From: Aotus nancymaae
Lineage: Eukaryota
Length of the DNA: 64,000 bases
Assembly (NCBI RefSeq): GCF_030222135.1
Contig: NW_026988422.1
Location: forward strand, 32,746,919 to 32,810,918
Direction of reading: 5' to 3'
Positions 1 through 15,411 of the stretch are shown one piece after another. Within the stretch, counting starts at the first letter, position 1. Each line of letters starts with the position of its first letter. The notes under the pieces were generated by a model. That model had not been told where the DNA came from and made no database searches. It was given only the letters and a program-made list of their open reading frames with translations. The position numbers and the translations under genes were made by a program.

Positions 1-518
1 CAGATGAAGTTGGATTACAGCCATTCCCAAGTGGTGCCACTTTCCCAGCACAATGTAACAGAATAGTTGTCAGTTTTGGTTCTTGAAATTGTAAAGAATT
101 TTATTTTGTGCACAACATAGAGAGACCTATATAAGTTGCATGTTGGTCTTTTCCATTTATTTTTTGCCCCTCTTAGCAAATGCTTCTCAACTTGATCCAT
201 TCAGATTTTTTTTTCTAACTGACCTGACCAAAAGGACTAAAGCAATATTTATCAAAGTGTCTTCAGGCCACTAACATGAGAAGTGTTAAAATACAAATTT
301 CTGGAGTCTCCATCCAGAACTGTAGAATCAGAATCTCTGGGAGTGGGGCGCTGAAACCCACATTTTAACAACTATCCATGGTATTCTGATGCACACCACA
401 GTTTGGCCTGTAGCAGTGGGTGATTTGAAGGGCCATAGCTGGAGGTGCCAAGTTGGGGTAGTGCCTATAGGTCTTGCAACACTTTGAGTCCTCCTCTATC
501 TCTTCTGCCCTCCTACAG

Positions 519-1443
519 TGCACCGAGCAGCCCTGGCCTGCGGCAGTGAGTTCTTTGGGGCCATGCTCCTGAGCGGGATGAGGGAATCCAAGGGCACAGA
601 GGTGTCTCTGCGGACCATCTCCACCCGGGACCTGCGACTCCTCGTCTCTTTTGCTTACTCTGGAGTTGTGCGGGCAAGGTGGCCAGGACTACTGAGAGCT
701 GCTCAGGCTGCTCTGCAGTACCAGAGCTCTTCCTGCCTGGATTTGTGTCAGAAAGGCTTGGCACAGGGCCTCAGCCCCGCCCGTTGCCTGGCCCTGTTCC
801 CCATGGCGGAAGCCCCTGGGTTGGAGAGGCTCTGGAGCAAAGCCCGTCACTACCTCCTCACCCACCTGCCTGCTGTAGCCTTGTGCCGTGCTTTCCCTTC
901 TTTACCAGCTACCTGCTTGGCTGAGCTCCTGGATAGTGATGAGCTCCACGTGCAGGAGGAGTTCGAGGCCTTTGTGGCTGCACGGTGTTGGCTAGCTGCC
1001 AACCCCGAGACCCAGGAGTCAGAGGCCAAGGCCCTGCTGCAATGCGTCCGCTTTGGCCGCATGTCCACCAGGGAGCTACGGAGGGTGCGGGCAGCCGGGC
1101 TACCTCCACCCCTGACCCCAGATCTGTTGCACCAGCTGATGGTAGAGGCTGATGTTCCAGGCCAAGAGAGACGGAGGGAGCCTGACCGGGCACTCGTAGT
1201 GATTGGCGGGGATGGGCTCAGACCAGACATGGCCCTAAGACAACCATCCCAAGCAGTGTGGTGGGCCCGAGCCTTCCGCTGTGGCATCGGACTTGTACGA
1301 ACTGTGGAGTGGGGGCAGCTGCCTGCCCTGCCTGCCCCAGGACGCTTCCGGCATGGGGCTGCGAGCCTGGCAGGAAGTGAACTCTATGTGTGTGGGGGAC
1401 AAGATTTCTATAGTCACTCCAACACCCTGGCTTCAACTCTCAG
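519..1443 (+). CDS. KLHL33: KLHL33 internal coding exon (end of BTB, BACK, first kelch blades); upstream exon(s) lie before the window
   Basis: Acceptor cctacAG at 517-518. In-frame translation HRAALACGSEFFGAMLLSGMRES...VSLRTISTRDLRLLVSFAYSGVV fits the BTB consensus (AHRAVLAA.S.YF.AMF ... LLL.FAYTG), followed by BACK and kelch GG/W motifs. Donor CTCAG|GTACGA at 1444. Frame anchored by ORF-track entry 518..1474. Internal ATG at 563 matches the start of the shorter annotated isoform. Confidence 0.8.
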
Positions 1444-1551
1444 GTACGAGCTTCTAAGTATGGGCAGGATGTAGTAGGCCCCAAGGTGGGCAGGGAGAGA
1501 AATTACTGGCCTAGCCAACCACACAGAGTCACTCTTCTTGCCTATGTCCAG

Positions 1552-1719
1552 GTGGGAGCCCAATCAAGAGGACTGGGAGGAGATGGCTCCTTTGTCCCAG
1601 GCTCGAAGCTTTTTCCCCTTGGTGGCACTGGATGGACAACTTTACGCCCTAGGTGGAAGACAAAATGGTGTTGCCCTGGACTCTGTGGAGACCTACAACC
1701 CTGAGCTCGATGTCTGGAG
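1552..1719 (+). CDS. KLHL33: KLHL33 coding exon (kelch blade)
   Basis: Acceptor tgtccAG at 1550-1551. Encodes (R)WEPNQEDWEEMAPLSQARSFFPLVALDGQLYALGGRQNGVALDSVETYNPELDVW. Donor TGGAG|GTGAGC at 1720. Phase compatible with flanking exons; stop of ORF-track 1538..1723 used as anchor. Confidence 0.8.
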
Positions 1720-1807
1720 GTGAGCAGGCAAGGGAGAGATTAGGAGACTCGGAATAGAAGGAGAGTTGAAGATGCTAGTTGCTTTATCTTGTCCTGTTTT
1801 CCCTTAG

Positions 1808-2360
1808 GCCAGCACCTGCACTTCCAGCACCATGTTTTGCCCACGCAGCTGCCATTTTGGAGGGCCGATTGTATGTGAGCGGTGGCTGTGGTGGGACTGG
1901 CCAATACCTGGCCTCACTGCTGCACTATGACCCCAAACTTGAGAAGCCAGGGACATTTCTGAGCCCCATGGGGGTACCTCGGGCTGGCCATGTCATGGCT
2001 GCACTGGGTGGACGGTTGTATGTGGCAGGTGGGCTGGGTGAGACTGGGGACCTGCTGAGTTTTGAGGCCTATGAACTAAGGACTGATAGCTGGACTCACC
2101 TGGCACCTCTACCTTCCCCCCATGTGGGGGCTGCAGGTGCTGTGCTGCAGGGGGAGCTGCTGGTGCTGGGGGGCTACAGTCACCGTACTTATGCCCTCTC
2201 CCACCTTATCCATGCCTACTGTCCTGGCCTGGGCCGATGGCTTTGCCTGGGAACTCTGCCAAGGCCCCGGGCTGAGATGCCTGCCTGCATCCTGACACTG
2301 CCCACTGTGCAGCACACAGCTTTGGTTCCCACCCCGCACCAAACCAAGCCTGCCGGATGA
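1808..2360 (+). CDS. KLHL33: KLHL33 terminal coding exon (kelch blades); stop TGA 2358-2360
   Basis: Acceptor cccttAG at 1806-1807. Encodes (R)PAPALPAPCFAHAAAILEGRLYVSGGCGGTGQYLASLLHYDPKLEKPGTFLSPMGVPRAGHVMAALGGRLYVAGGLGETGDLLSFEAYELRTDSWTHLAPLPSPHVGAAGAVLQGELLVLGGYSHRTYALSHLIHAYCPGLGRWLCLGTLPRPRAEMPACILTLPTVQHTALVPTPHQTKPAG*. Ends ORF-track 1779..2360. Confidence 0.85.
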
Positions 2361-5300
2361 AGAGGGAGCAACAATGTATGGGGGAGGAAGGCATAAGAAA
2401 TCGTCTGGGAGAAGGACAGAGATTATGGGAGAGAAAGAGAACGTTTTATTCTTGGCGGTAGTTTATTCTCATGCTGTGCATTGTAAACTGCTTTTGTACG
2501 TTTGATCTCCATTGAGGAAATGGTGGTTCCAGAACTCCTGGGGAAAGCGTAATGGGGAAGGGAAGGCAGCTGAATATCCAGGTAAGGAAAGGAGAGCCAG
2601 GAGCAACTCCACAAGGCTGAGGGATTCTTGGGAGGGAAAGTGCATCTGGTTGGAAAGAGAGTTAGGAAGCTTCAGTAGCCAAAGTGTAGAGATCATGAGA
2701 GGACAGTTGGGTAAATGGTTCTGACCCATGGATCAAGGGAAAAATGTGGAATGGCCATCCATGAAAGAGTTTGAGGAGTGTGGGAGGAAGGACTGTAAAT
2801 CATTCAGCACTTTTTTCCCCAGAACTTGCTTCTTTCTCCTCTCCCATCCCTGGGATGCCTAACCCTTCTTAACAGTATTCTTTCTCAGGTAATTTTGTAG
2901 GCCTGGTCTAGTGTTTCCTAGCTGAGACACCACAGGCCGCCCCTGAGAGCCTCTTGGTTTCCTTCTGAGGCAGAAGCTCCCACTTGGACATGGAACGCAC
3001 AGCAGGCTGAGAGGCCTGATGGGTCCTCCAGGACCGTGGGACAGGAGTGGTGTGTGGAGAAGATGAGGGGGGCAGAGGACAAGGAGGGAGAGGCCTACAG
3101 CAGAAAACAGATGATCTGAGATTTGAGGAGATGGGATGGAAGAAGTCAGAACGCGGTCTGGCTTCTTTCTTTCCCTTTGGGCAATTTGAGGAATCAGGAG
3201 TGAAAACGAGACCGTTGTTGTGTGAGGTCTCAAGTGGTGAGAGAATGTGGCAGAGAGAAGAGTGAGAAGCAGACAAGACTCAGGAAAGTCATTTCCCCCT
3301 TTCAGTCCCTTTCCCCCAGAGTTATTTTTAAATTCATTTCCCTTTTTCTTGGCCAGGGAAGGTGGTCAGATGCATCCTCTTTCTCTCTTCCTCCATCTTG
3401 CTCTCCCCACTGCCCCTCTTTTTTTTTTTTTCTTTCTTTCTCTTCTTTCTCCCTCACACAGTTATTAATCACCTACTTTGTGGCAGGCACTGTAGGAGGC
3501 ACCAAGGATACAGAGGTCACAGAGCCCCTGACCAGCAGATAGATGTAAACAAATACAAGTTTTGAGTGGATTTAGACGTATGGACAAGTCTTGTGAGAGC
3601 CCAGAGGATGGAGCAGGGAACTCTGCCCAGAAAGGCTTCTGTTAGGGAAAGTGTCATCCGATGGGCATATTTTGAACTGGATCTTAAAGGCTGCCTGGAG
3701 TCTTGCCCATTCGAGAAGGGGGAATGCATTCGAAACACAAAGAAGTAAGGCATGCCGTACCCTGTTTCTCCATAGCAAAGGGGAAGTTGGTATTCCAGAG
3801 GCTCTTCAGATAATTCTGCTGCTCTTGCCACCTAGCCTCTTCTCTGGAGCCTTCCTGAGGATAATGGCTTTCACTTAATGATTTTGTATTCCCGCCCTCT
3901 GCCACTCACCTGTATCCTTCTTGTCTGCTATTTTCATTTCTGCAGTCTGGACAGCTGAGAGCAAAAAAGCGTCAGGTTTTTTTGTGTAGGTTGATTTTCT
4001 ATTACCATTGTTTATTAAGATTTTCATGTTTCTAAGAGTGATGATGGAGCCTCCCTTGCACCCTTCTTCATTCTGGCCCCAGAAGTACTTGACATGCATT
4101 TTATTTATTTATTATTAGATTTTGTTATTTTATTAAGGATTTTTCTGTGTCTCTATTTAAGCTAGACTAGGAATGTAGTTGCAAATGAGAAGGGGTAAGT
4201 AGGACGTATAAGAGTAAAGAAAAGGAAGAAGGAAGAAAGGGAAGAAGGAAATTGAAGGAGATGAGAAGCTATAATAATTGGATGAACGTCTATGAACATT
4301 TTTTGTGATTTGTACCTAAAGACAGGCTTAAATAAAGGTTTCACAGTGATTGAATCTTTCTTATCTGAGTTTCTCTACTATAAGAAGCATTCAAAATAAA
4401 ATTCCCTGTAATCTGCCTTCTATCTCTACCACATGATTGAAATCATCTCCCTCCACTGTCACTGTGACCTATTTCTTACCAAATCTAACAATCTGTGGCC
4501 ATCTTCATTCTCTTTCATCTTTCTGCAGGAACTGACTGGCTTGAAAACTGGCTCTTACCCTTAAAGTTTCTCTTCTCCTGGCTTTAGACATAGCGCACTC
4601 TCCTGGATGGACCATCTCTTATTTCTCGTAAGCCAGATCAAAGTGTCCAAGGGGGTGTGGCTTCGTCCCAAGCGGAGCTGAGAGCCAAGGATCCACAGGT
4701 ATGTGGATGAGGGTGGTTCATTGCAGAAACCTCTGACTTTCATTATTTGTCTTTAAAACTGAGTATCCTGAGTAAGGAGAGAGGAGATCTCTGACTTGAA
4801 GGAGGACCCTAGTCAGTAGTCCATTCATCAGTGAGAAGGGACTGAATGTAGGCAAGGTAACAGGCTTGGGCTTCAGCCAGGTGGACTAAGAATAGGGTAA
4901 TATCAGGGTAGCATTTCAACCCCAGAAGGGAAGTGAAGTGAGAAGTAGGAATCGGGACAGAAACCATGCATGCAGACTGGGCACGTGGCAAGGCTAGTTT
5001 GATGACTGTGTAGAGGCCCGGGATTCTTACCTTTGATGAATCAGATAATAAGCCAAGGTGTTCTAGATGCTCTCTAACAGCTCCCCTACACTCTTCCCTT
5101 AACCCCCTTTTTTGGTGAGGGTGAAATTTCTGTTACCTCTCTTATCTTTCCAAGATTGACTCAGGCACTAAGTAGGACTGGACATGCAGGTTGTTTATTT
5201 AGTACAAGTAAGTGTGTGGGACTCTGTATCTCTTGTCTCCTGTGCCTAGTGCTGGGTTGCTTATGTTCTTCTGTTCCTTTGCTTTATGCTCCCTGTCAGG

Positions 5301-5525
5301 AAGCTCACCTCTCCTCTGTCTCCAACCTTGATGATTCACTTGGGTTCCAGTCTGATTTTTTTCAGTCCCTCCATTTAGATGTACCACCATCCTAAGTTCA
5401 GATTCATCGTGCTTTATTGGCACTATCATTTCCCTGTTTCCTGGACCTGAAGCTTTGGAATTATCTTGAGCTTATTCTCCTTTATCTTTTTTTCTTCACT
5501 CGACTCATCATGTAATACTGGACTA

Positions 5526-5955
<430 letters not shown>

Positions 5956-6092
5956 AAGGGCAAAAGTTATATGAAATTCTTGGTTTCACTAGCTGCGAAA
6001 CCAAGAATCATTATTTACCCAGACAGATACTCTGGGTTGTAGCAGCAACAATGTCCAATCAAAAGAATGAAACACTGCCAGGCACTGTGCTA

Positions 6093-6185
<93 letters not shown>

Positions 6186-6775
6186 CTATGAATAAAAGAA
6201 AAAATTGCATAGAAAGATTAATAGAATTATAGAATGGAGAGGTTCCAGAGATCATGTGATTCAAACATTTTGTTACACGGCTTTAGGAAATAAAGGTATG
6301 TGGTACACAGTCTAAATAATGAAGAGGAAGGCTTTTCATGAAAGTAGTCTCTCTCTCTTTCTTCTTCTTCTTTTTTTTTTCATTAAAGTAGTCTCACGTA
6401 CACAAGGACCAACAGGCAGGCTAAGCCAAACATCACAGGTTAGGTCTATAGACAGAACAGTCATAATTACTCTTTCAGGATCACACACTACATTCTAAAT
6501 CCTGTCTAGCCCTTGAGATCAAGGGGCCCTAAGTGAAAAAATGTGAATTTGTCACAGCTCTTGGTAAAACACCTACCAAAAAAATTATAGATAGATAGAT
6601 ACTTATGTGTAGGTATAAACATACATATATATCGTTAGTGGTAAGATTATAGTCTTATTCTCTGAGAGAGAAATGATTATGGTATTATTACTATAACTGG
6701 TTCAGAATATAATAATCTGTATTTCCTATTTGATATGTTTTAGATCTGTGTCCCTGCACATATCTCATGTCAAAT

Positions 6776-7135
6776 TTTAATCCCCAGTGTCGGAGGTGGG
6801 ACCTGGTGGGAGGTGATGGCTCATGGGAGTGGTTTCTCATAAAGGATTTAGCACCATTTCATATCTTCTGATAGTGAGTTTTCGTGAGATCTTGTTGGTT
6901 AGAAGTGTGTAGTACCCCTTCCCTCACTCTCTTTCTTGCTCCTGCTCCTGCCATATAAGACACCTCACTCCTTCTTTCCCTTCTTCCATAATTGGAAACT
7001 TCCTGGGCCTCTCTTGAAGCAGATTCTGCCATGCTTCCTGTACAGGCTGCAGAACCATGAGCCAATTAAACCTCTTTTCTTTATAAATTACCCAGTCTCA
7101 GGTATTTCTTTATAGCAATGTAAGAACAGACAAAT
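6776..7135 (+). mobile_element. MaLR-type solitary LTR (THE1/MST/MLT1-like), plus orientation
   Basis: Matches the MaLR LTR consensus as recalled: ccccagtgtcggaggtgggacctggtgggaggtgatggctcatgggagtggtttctcataa ... cttacaatcatgg-like core ... ccaattaaacctcttttctttataaattacccagtctcaggtatttctttatagcaatg. Confidence 0.6.
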
Positions 7136-7697
7136 ATAATATTAGAAAAATGACAAAAAAATATAGCCTTGGAAGTGTACTGAGCTAGAATCAGTAACTT
7201 GGATTCAAGTTTCAATTCAATTGTTGCTTTGGTAATCGTGAGTAAGTCCTTCAACCAGTTTGCATTCCAATGTCTTAACCCGTATAAGCACCATAATGGT
7301 ATTGTAAACACCACAGTGTTATTATAGCTCATGAGGCCCAGAGCTTGGGGTAGTCCTAAGGACCTCTAGGCACATTTGGAAAAGTGTGGCTTGGTAATCT
7401 ATAAATCAAGTTCCTGGGACATATCGTGTTAGATCAGAGAGCTAAATGGTGCCAAACAAGGAGTCCAGTGTACTGTAGTGACAAGCTCCTGAGACCATGA
7501 GTACTGTACAGAAGGTTGCAAGCTACTCCAGCCTGATGTACTCCTGAGACAGGGAAGCAGATTCATCTGGATTCCAACTGAGTTAGACAACTGTGTATCA
7601 GTTTGACTCATTACCAGGTAGACAATCTGAGCCCCAATACACACTTTTCAAGCAAACTGTCACTAATGAAAGCCAACTGTTTCATTACAGACAGTAA

Positions 7698-8009
<312 letters not shown>

Positions 8010-8858
8010 CTAGATTGTTTTAGATTATAGCTATCATTGTTTGTGCTAGCTATATGCCAGATGATATGCTAAGCGCTTTATGTATATTATCTAATTTGAA
8101 TGATAATACAGCCATTAAAAAGTGGATGCTATTATTATTCCCACTTTATAGATGAGAAAACTGGAAGATTAGAGGAGTTAATTTGCCCAAACTCACACAA
8201 TAATTTGTAAATGTTGAGCATGTATTTAAACTAGTAGAAGGACTTTATTATGCCCCCTCTCTAATATAACTCCATCTCCACTTGACTGGCAAGCTTTATC
8301 CATGAAACTCATACATGGACTCTACAAGTGGGAGCAATGAGCAGGTATAAGTGCCACTGGAGATTTAGAGACATGGTCTTGAGACATCTAACATCCAATT
8401 TCTGTGATGCAAATAGCTTTGAATTTCAAAGAAGCTCAACCAGAGCAAGGGGTAGTGGGTTCTTCCTTCTGACAGTTTTTCTCACTTATTAGGATGTGTT
8501 GAGCCGGGGATTGTTACAAGAATGAGACTGAGGTGAGACTTTTCAAATGGAGAACCTAGCCTGGCCCCTTTGCTACATTATCATCATCTGATCTTACTGC
8601 AGACTCAAGGACAACTCTCTGGCCCCATTCAGCACTGATGAGATTACAAACCTTATTTTCTTCTACAGCATAGGTCACCCTGCTGGTCAGTAGCAGAGGA
8701 GAATATAAATACAGATCCATTGGACCAGGTGTGGTGGCACATGTTTTGAGACCCTTGTCTCAAAAAATAAAAAAAAAAAATAAAAAATAATCACAAATCT
8801 GTTGCACTGCAGAGTGCATGTTTAAACAATCATGTTTTAATACATAATATACTATCTA

Positions 8859-9420
<562 letters not shown>

Positions 9421-9474
9421 TACTATCTTCACCCATATCTTGGATTGTGGCCAAGTATTCCAGTTTTTCCCTGA

Positions 9475-9963
<489 letters not shown>

Positions 9964-10085
9964 TGAATTGTTTTAATGTGATTATTCTCTGTCCTCCTCA
10001 GGCAGTCCCTATCTTCCAAAACTTGTAGACTGCTGACACACTATTTTAGCCAACATGCCCTACTAATTTTTGTATTTCTTTTTTT

Positions 10086-10197
10086 TGTAGAGATGGGTTT
10101 TTGCCATATTGCCTAGGTTGGTCTCAAACTCCTGAGGTCAACTGATTGACCTACCTTGGCTCCCCGAAGTGCTGGGATTACAGGCATGAGCCCGGCC
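10086..10197 (-). mobile_element. partial Alu (monomer-sized), minus orientation
   Basis: tttgtagagatgggtttttgccatattgcctaggttggtctcaaactcctgaggtca...gtgctgggattacaggcatgagcccggcc. Confidence 0.8.
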
Positions 10198-10344
10198 TTC
10201 TTAGTCTATTCAAACATGTGTCTGCTAATATGCAAAAAGCAAGTGCTGAAGTTACCTATTGACTGAATTTTAGACAGCAGAAGTTATTTAGTGCAAATGC
10301 TCTAACAAGAGGCCCAAGAGGGCATGGAAGTTGATACAATTTTT

Positions 10345-10483
10345 TTTTCCTTTTTTCTTTTTTTCTTTAAGACGGGGTTTCACCATGTTGGTCAGGCTGT
10401 TCTTGAACTCCCAACCTCAGGTGATCCACCTGCCTTGGCCTCCAAAGTGCTTGGATTACAGGTGTGAGCCACCACATCCAGCC
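10345..10483 (-). mobile_element. partial Alu (monomer-sized), minus orientation
   Basis: T-rich head then gacggggtttcaccatgttggtcaggctgttcttgaactcc...ggattacaggtgtgagccaccacatccagcc. Confidence 0.8.
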
Positions 10484-10502
10484 GATATTAAATTTTTATG
10501 CA

Positions 10503-10773
10503 GCTGGGCTCACCCAAGCTAGAGTGCAGTGGCATGACCTCAGCTCACTGCAACCTCTGCCTTCTGGGCTCAAGTGATCCTCCCACCTCAGCCTCTTGAG
10601 TAGCTGAGACTACAGGTGTGCCCCACCATGCCCAGCTAATTTTTATATCTTTTGGTAGAGATGGAGTTTTGCCACGTTACCCAGGCTGCTTGCAAACTCC
10701 TGGCCTCAAGTGATCTGCCTGCCTGTGCCTCCCAAGGAGCTGGAATTACAGGCATGAGCCACTGCGCCCAGCT
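10503..10773 (-). mobile_element. Alu, minus orientation
   Basis: gctgggctcacccaagctagagtgcagtggcatgacctcagctcactgcaacctctgcc ... ggaattacaggcatgagccactgcgcccagc. Confidence 0.85.
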
Positions 10774-10853
10774 GAAAAGGGTAATTTTATATAATTTCCT
10801 TAGGTATACTGATGGCCTAGATTCATGTGACTCATTGTACAGTTGGACAGTTA

Positions 10854-11396
<543 letters not shown>

Positions 11397-13176
11397 GTGG
11401 GATGATTACAGAAGAGTACCCTAATGTAAACTATCTTAAATTTTGCAGGCTTAATGTACCAGTTATCTATTGCTGCCCAAAACGTTGTGACTTAAAACAA
11501 CAACCATTTACTCATATCTTACAATTTTATGTGTCATTGATTTCACTGAATTTAGGGAGGATTCCACTAGATGATTCTTCTGTTTCATATGTCATTAGCG
11601 GAAGTTACTTGATGATAGACAATTGGTAGATGAGCTGATCTGAAGGGCTCAAGACAACTTTTTTCACATCTGTGGTGCCCTGGTGGAGATGGCTAGAAGG
11701 CTGAGCTTAGTTGAGACTGTTAATTGAGACACCTACATGTGGCCTCTTTAAAGTGGCAGTATTAGGGTAGTTGAACTCACTCGGCAGCTCAGGGCTTCCC
11801 AAGGGAGTGTTCCAGAATCCTGGAGGAAGTGCAAGTTTCCTTTGATATAGCCTCAGAAGTCCCAGAATGCAACTTCTGCCATTATATTGGTCAAGCAAGC
11901 CACCCGGCCAGCCTAGTTTCAAGAACTAAGGAATTAGAATCTGCCTCTCAATGGCAGGGGAAGCAAAGAATTTGTGGCCTATTTTAATCTACCATACCTG
12001 ATTAGGGAAACTAGTCAGTGAGGAATGTCCTTGAAGAAAGATGAAGAAAGATATTGGCAAATGTCAACAGACCAGAGGCCAAATGCAGGGTTGTTTTGAT
12101 TTAGAAGAGTCAGAAGACACTGAGGTTTTTGTAATCTGCTTTGAGATGGCCCAGAAGGGCTTGTCTGAGGTGACAAGTGGTTATCTAATAAGTGTGTGCT
12201 TGTCCCATATCACAGCTTGTGTGATGCTTTAAGTTGTGGTGGTTAGGTCAAACAAACACATACTGTGAATCTAAAGGTAAGTATTCACAAAGAAGAAAAA
12301 AGTCAGGTAAAAACAATGGCCTTTACACTTCTCACTGGTCCCTCCCCTCTCAGCTTTTTATCAGAGGCCTGACCTTACCAGTTCAAAGTCCAGGAATTTG
12401 CTCAAGATCCTCACCCTCACCAATATAACCTTGTTCCTTAGTCCAATATCCATTCTCATTATCTGCCTTGGATTTTTGTGACTTCTACATATGTCTGTCT
12501 CTAGAAGATGATGAAGTCTTGAGAAGAAGGCATGTTGTATACATTTTACCCAGGTGCTAGCACTATTCTTTGACAGGGGATCAGCAGATATTGTTGAGTC
12601 AAAGTGGAGGAGGAGGACAATGAATGTGTAAGAAAACTGACCAGAAATGAACAGTTTTAACAGGTGGTAGGACCCTTCCTAAAAGGGAAGACTGAGGGGG
12701 TGGCACTCCTTTGTCCCAGAGACAAATGAGTCTGGAAACTACACTCATCAGTTGGCCATTGCAGCTCAATGCTACTGATCAACAACAGGTGGTATAGACT
12801 GTATATGCAGAAGAAAGTGAATGGTCCTTTAAGAACTCGTAAATAAGGAAAGTAAGACAGTTCTGTGAGAGTTAAGTGAATTCATTCCAGTGGGAAATGG
12901 CACAAGTTCCCAGCCCTGGTATAGTTATTTGATTGGCAAAACTCCTGATTTATTCTGATGATAGTAGTCTGAAGAAAGATTCCTGCAACTCAAGGGAATG
13001 GCTAACTTAGGAAAGCATGACTCAAAGAAGCAAATATTGGCCATATGACTAGCACTTCCTATGGGCATGAAGAGCTGAATTTGAACATTGTGAACATCTT
13101 GCCAGTTGAAAGATTTTCTGTGTTGCAAGTCAGAGATAGTTTATCTGGCTCCCCAAAACACAGCTGAAAATGTCTG

Positions 13177-13322
13177 GCCAGGCACAGTGGCTCGTGCCTG
13201 TAATCCTAGCACTTTGGGAGGCTGAGGTGGGTGGATCACCTGAGGTCAGGAGTTCAAGACCAGCCTGGCCATCATGGTGAAACCCCATCTTTAAAAAAAA
13301 AAAAAAAGAAAGAAAGAAAATG
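13177..13322 (+). mobile_element. Alu left monomer with A-rich tail
   Basis: ggccaggcacagtggctcgtgcctgtaatcctagcactttgggaggctgaggtgggtggatcacctgaggtcaggagttcaagaccagcctggcc, then A15(gaaa)n. Confidence 0.8.
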
Positions 13323-13635
13323 TCCTTCAGGGATCATTCAGTGGTCATATGATTAGAACAGACTATTTGGGAGTTGGGCCAAATATTTAATTTATATATG
13401 CAATTCAAGTGTGACAGGTGCATTATTTATTAAACAGCCATGTGGTAGGTAGTAACTGTCTCTCCTGTTTAGGTAATCATCCTAGATGAATAGTTTTAAA
13501 AATGTATACCTCAGATCAGAGATAAAAGTCACGATTACCTGAGAAATTACTGGAAATGCAAATTCTCAGTTTCCTTCCTAGACTTACTAAATCAGAAATT
13601 TTCCAGGGGAATGAGCAACAATCTTAGTTTTAATC

Positions 13636-13955
13636 AGAGCTTTTTTTTTTTTTTTTGAGACAGGGTCTTGCTTTGTCATCCAGGTTGGAGTGCAGTGGCA
13701 CAAACACAGCTCACTGCCACGTCGACTTCCTGGGCTCAAGCAATCCTCTCACCTCAGCTCCATAAGTAGCAAGGACTACAGGTGTGCACTAGCATGCCTA
13801 GCTATTTTTTTTTTTTTTTTTTTTTTTGTATATTTTGTGGGGACAGGGTTTCACCATGTTGCCCAGGCTGGTCTCAAATTCTTGAACTGAAGTGATCTGC
13901 CTGCTTGGCCTCCCAAAGTATTGGGATTATAGGCATGAGCCACTGCACCCTGCCT
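13636..13955 (-). mobile_element. Alu, minus orientation, with expanded internal T-run
   Basis: T16 head then gagacagggtcttgctttgtcatccaggttggagtgcagtggc ... internal T25 ... gggattataggcatgagccactgcaccctgcc. Confidence 0.85.
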
Positions 13956-14271
13956 AATCAGGGGTTCTTAAATTTAAGCATGTACCAAACCCAGCTGGAG
14001 AGCTGTTAAAACACAAATCACTGGGCCCTGACTCCAGTGTACGGAAACATAGATTCTCAGGTTCCAACCCACTTGTCGGGATCAGTGTTTCTCCAACTTT
14101 AATGTGAGTGGGAATAATCGGGAAATATTGTTAAAAGATTCTTATTCAGTAGGTCTGGGGTAGAGCCTGAGAGTCTACATTTCTAACAAAGTGATGTTGA
14201 TGTCATGAGCCACAATCCCATACTTTGATTAGTGAGAACCTCGAGCAGAGGTTCCTAAACTTTTCTGAACA

Positions 14272-14645
14272 TTAGTATTGCCTGATGTCTCCATTCATTT
14301 GTGTTGCTATAACAAAATACCTGAGACTGGGTAATTTTACAGATAATAAAAATTTATTTCTCATAATTCTGGAGGCTGGGAAGTCTAAGATCAAGACACG
14401 AGCATTTGGTGTCTGGTGAGAACCTACTTTCTTGCAGCATCTTCTCATGGCAGAAGGTGGAAGGGCAAACATAGGAGTGATTGCTGGTTTCTTCTAGCCC
14501 TTTTATAAGCCTGCAAACTCCATTCGTAAGGGATCTCCTCTCATGACTTAATCACTCCTAAACACCCTGACTCTTAATACTATTACATTGCAGATTGAGT
14601 TTCAACATGAATTTTGGGGGACACATTCAGACCATAGAACCTAGA
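14272..14645 (-). mobile_element. MaLR LTR, MLT1-like, minus orientation
   Basis: Reverse complement reads like an MLT1 LTR: ...tgtgtcccccaaaattcatgttgaaactcaatctgcaatgtaatagtattaagagtcagggtgtttaggagtgattaagtcatgagagg...cttcccagcctccagaattatgagaaataaatttttattatctgtaaaattacccagtctcaggtattttgttatagcaacacaaatgaatggagac. Confidence 0.65.
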
Positions 14646-15411
14646 AAACTTCAAAAACTACGGATGCCTGGGTCCTACTCTGGGTGACTGCAGTTTAATT
14701 GCTCTGGGGTGTGGCCTGGACTTTGGAATTTTTAAAAGATCTCCAGGTAGTTCCAATGTACAGGCCTTGATGGCCCTGAATCTTTTTGCTGCTTCAGGTA
14801 ACCAGAAAGTAAACGTAGATCCTCAAAGCCAATCAGGAAGCCATCACCAATTACCTTCCTTCCTGTATCACCAGTCTTCTCAGATCTGATATTTATGGGA
14901 ATATGATGGAAGGGCTTGCATATGCTATTCTTTCACTGGTGGGGCAGGTGTTCCCATAGAGAGTCACAGACTACTGGGCCTTGTGGTTGGGATAATTATC
15001 TAAGGTATATTCTATGGGAAAGAGGCCTTACAAACTTGGCCTTCAGAAGAAAGGCCCTATGTGGACTCCTCCAATCTCTCCTCTCACCTCCTTCTCCTCA
15101 GTGCTCCCACTGTAGTCACTTCACATAACCTTTTCTTTCAGGTTTCCTAGCTCGTGTGTTCCCTCACCAAACTCCTCTCTTTCTTCTATAAATAGAGCGC
15201 TAATGATGGTTTTTGATGTGGGTGGTACTGCCCTCTAGGGGGTGTTTTTTGGCTTTCACAATAATTAGGATGATTTTACACATTTAAATGGGTAGGGCCC
15301 AGGATAGCTCAACATTCAGGAATTGTTTAGGACACTACCACACAAGAGTGACATTTCTGCATCTTTCACTTTGAATAACTTGCTGAAAACTTATTGTAAT
15401 TAGGATATAAC

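Noticed and set aside
1-518. Possible additional KLHL33 exon upstream of the 519 acceptor within the window (for example ATG at 5 followed by a 21-codon ORF)
   Set aside because: No BTB-like translation (the exon at 519 starts mid-BTB, so the preceding exon should encode ...DV.L.V.G..F.A...). No convincing donor. The upstream exon is most likely before the window start.
850-1436. Minus-strand ORFs of 60-145 aa (850..1287, 909..1193, 1218..1436) inside the KLHL33 exon
   Set aside because: GC-rich antisense reading frames of a verified coding exon; low-complexity Pro/Arg/Ala/Ser-rich translations; no independent signals.
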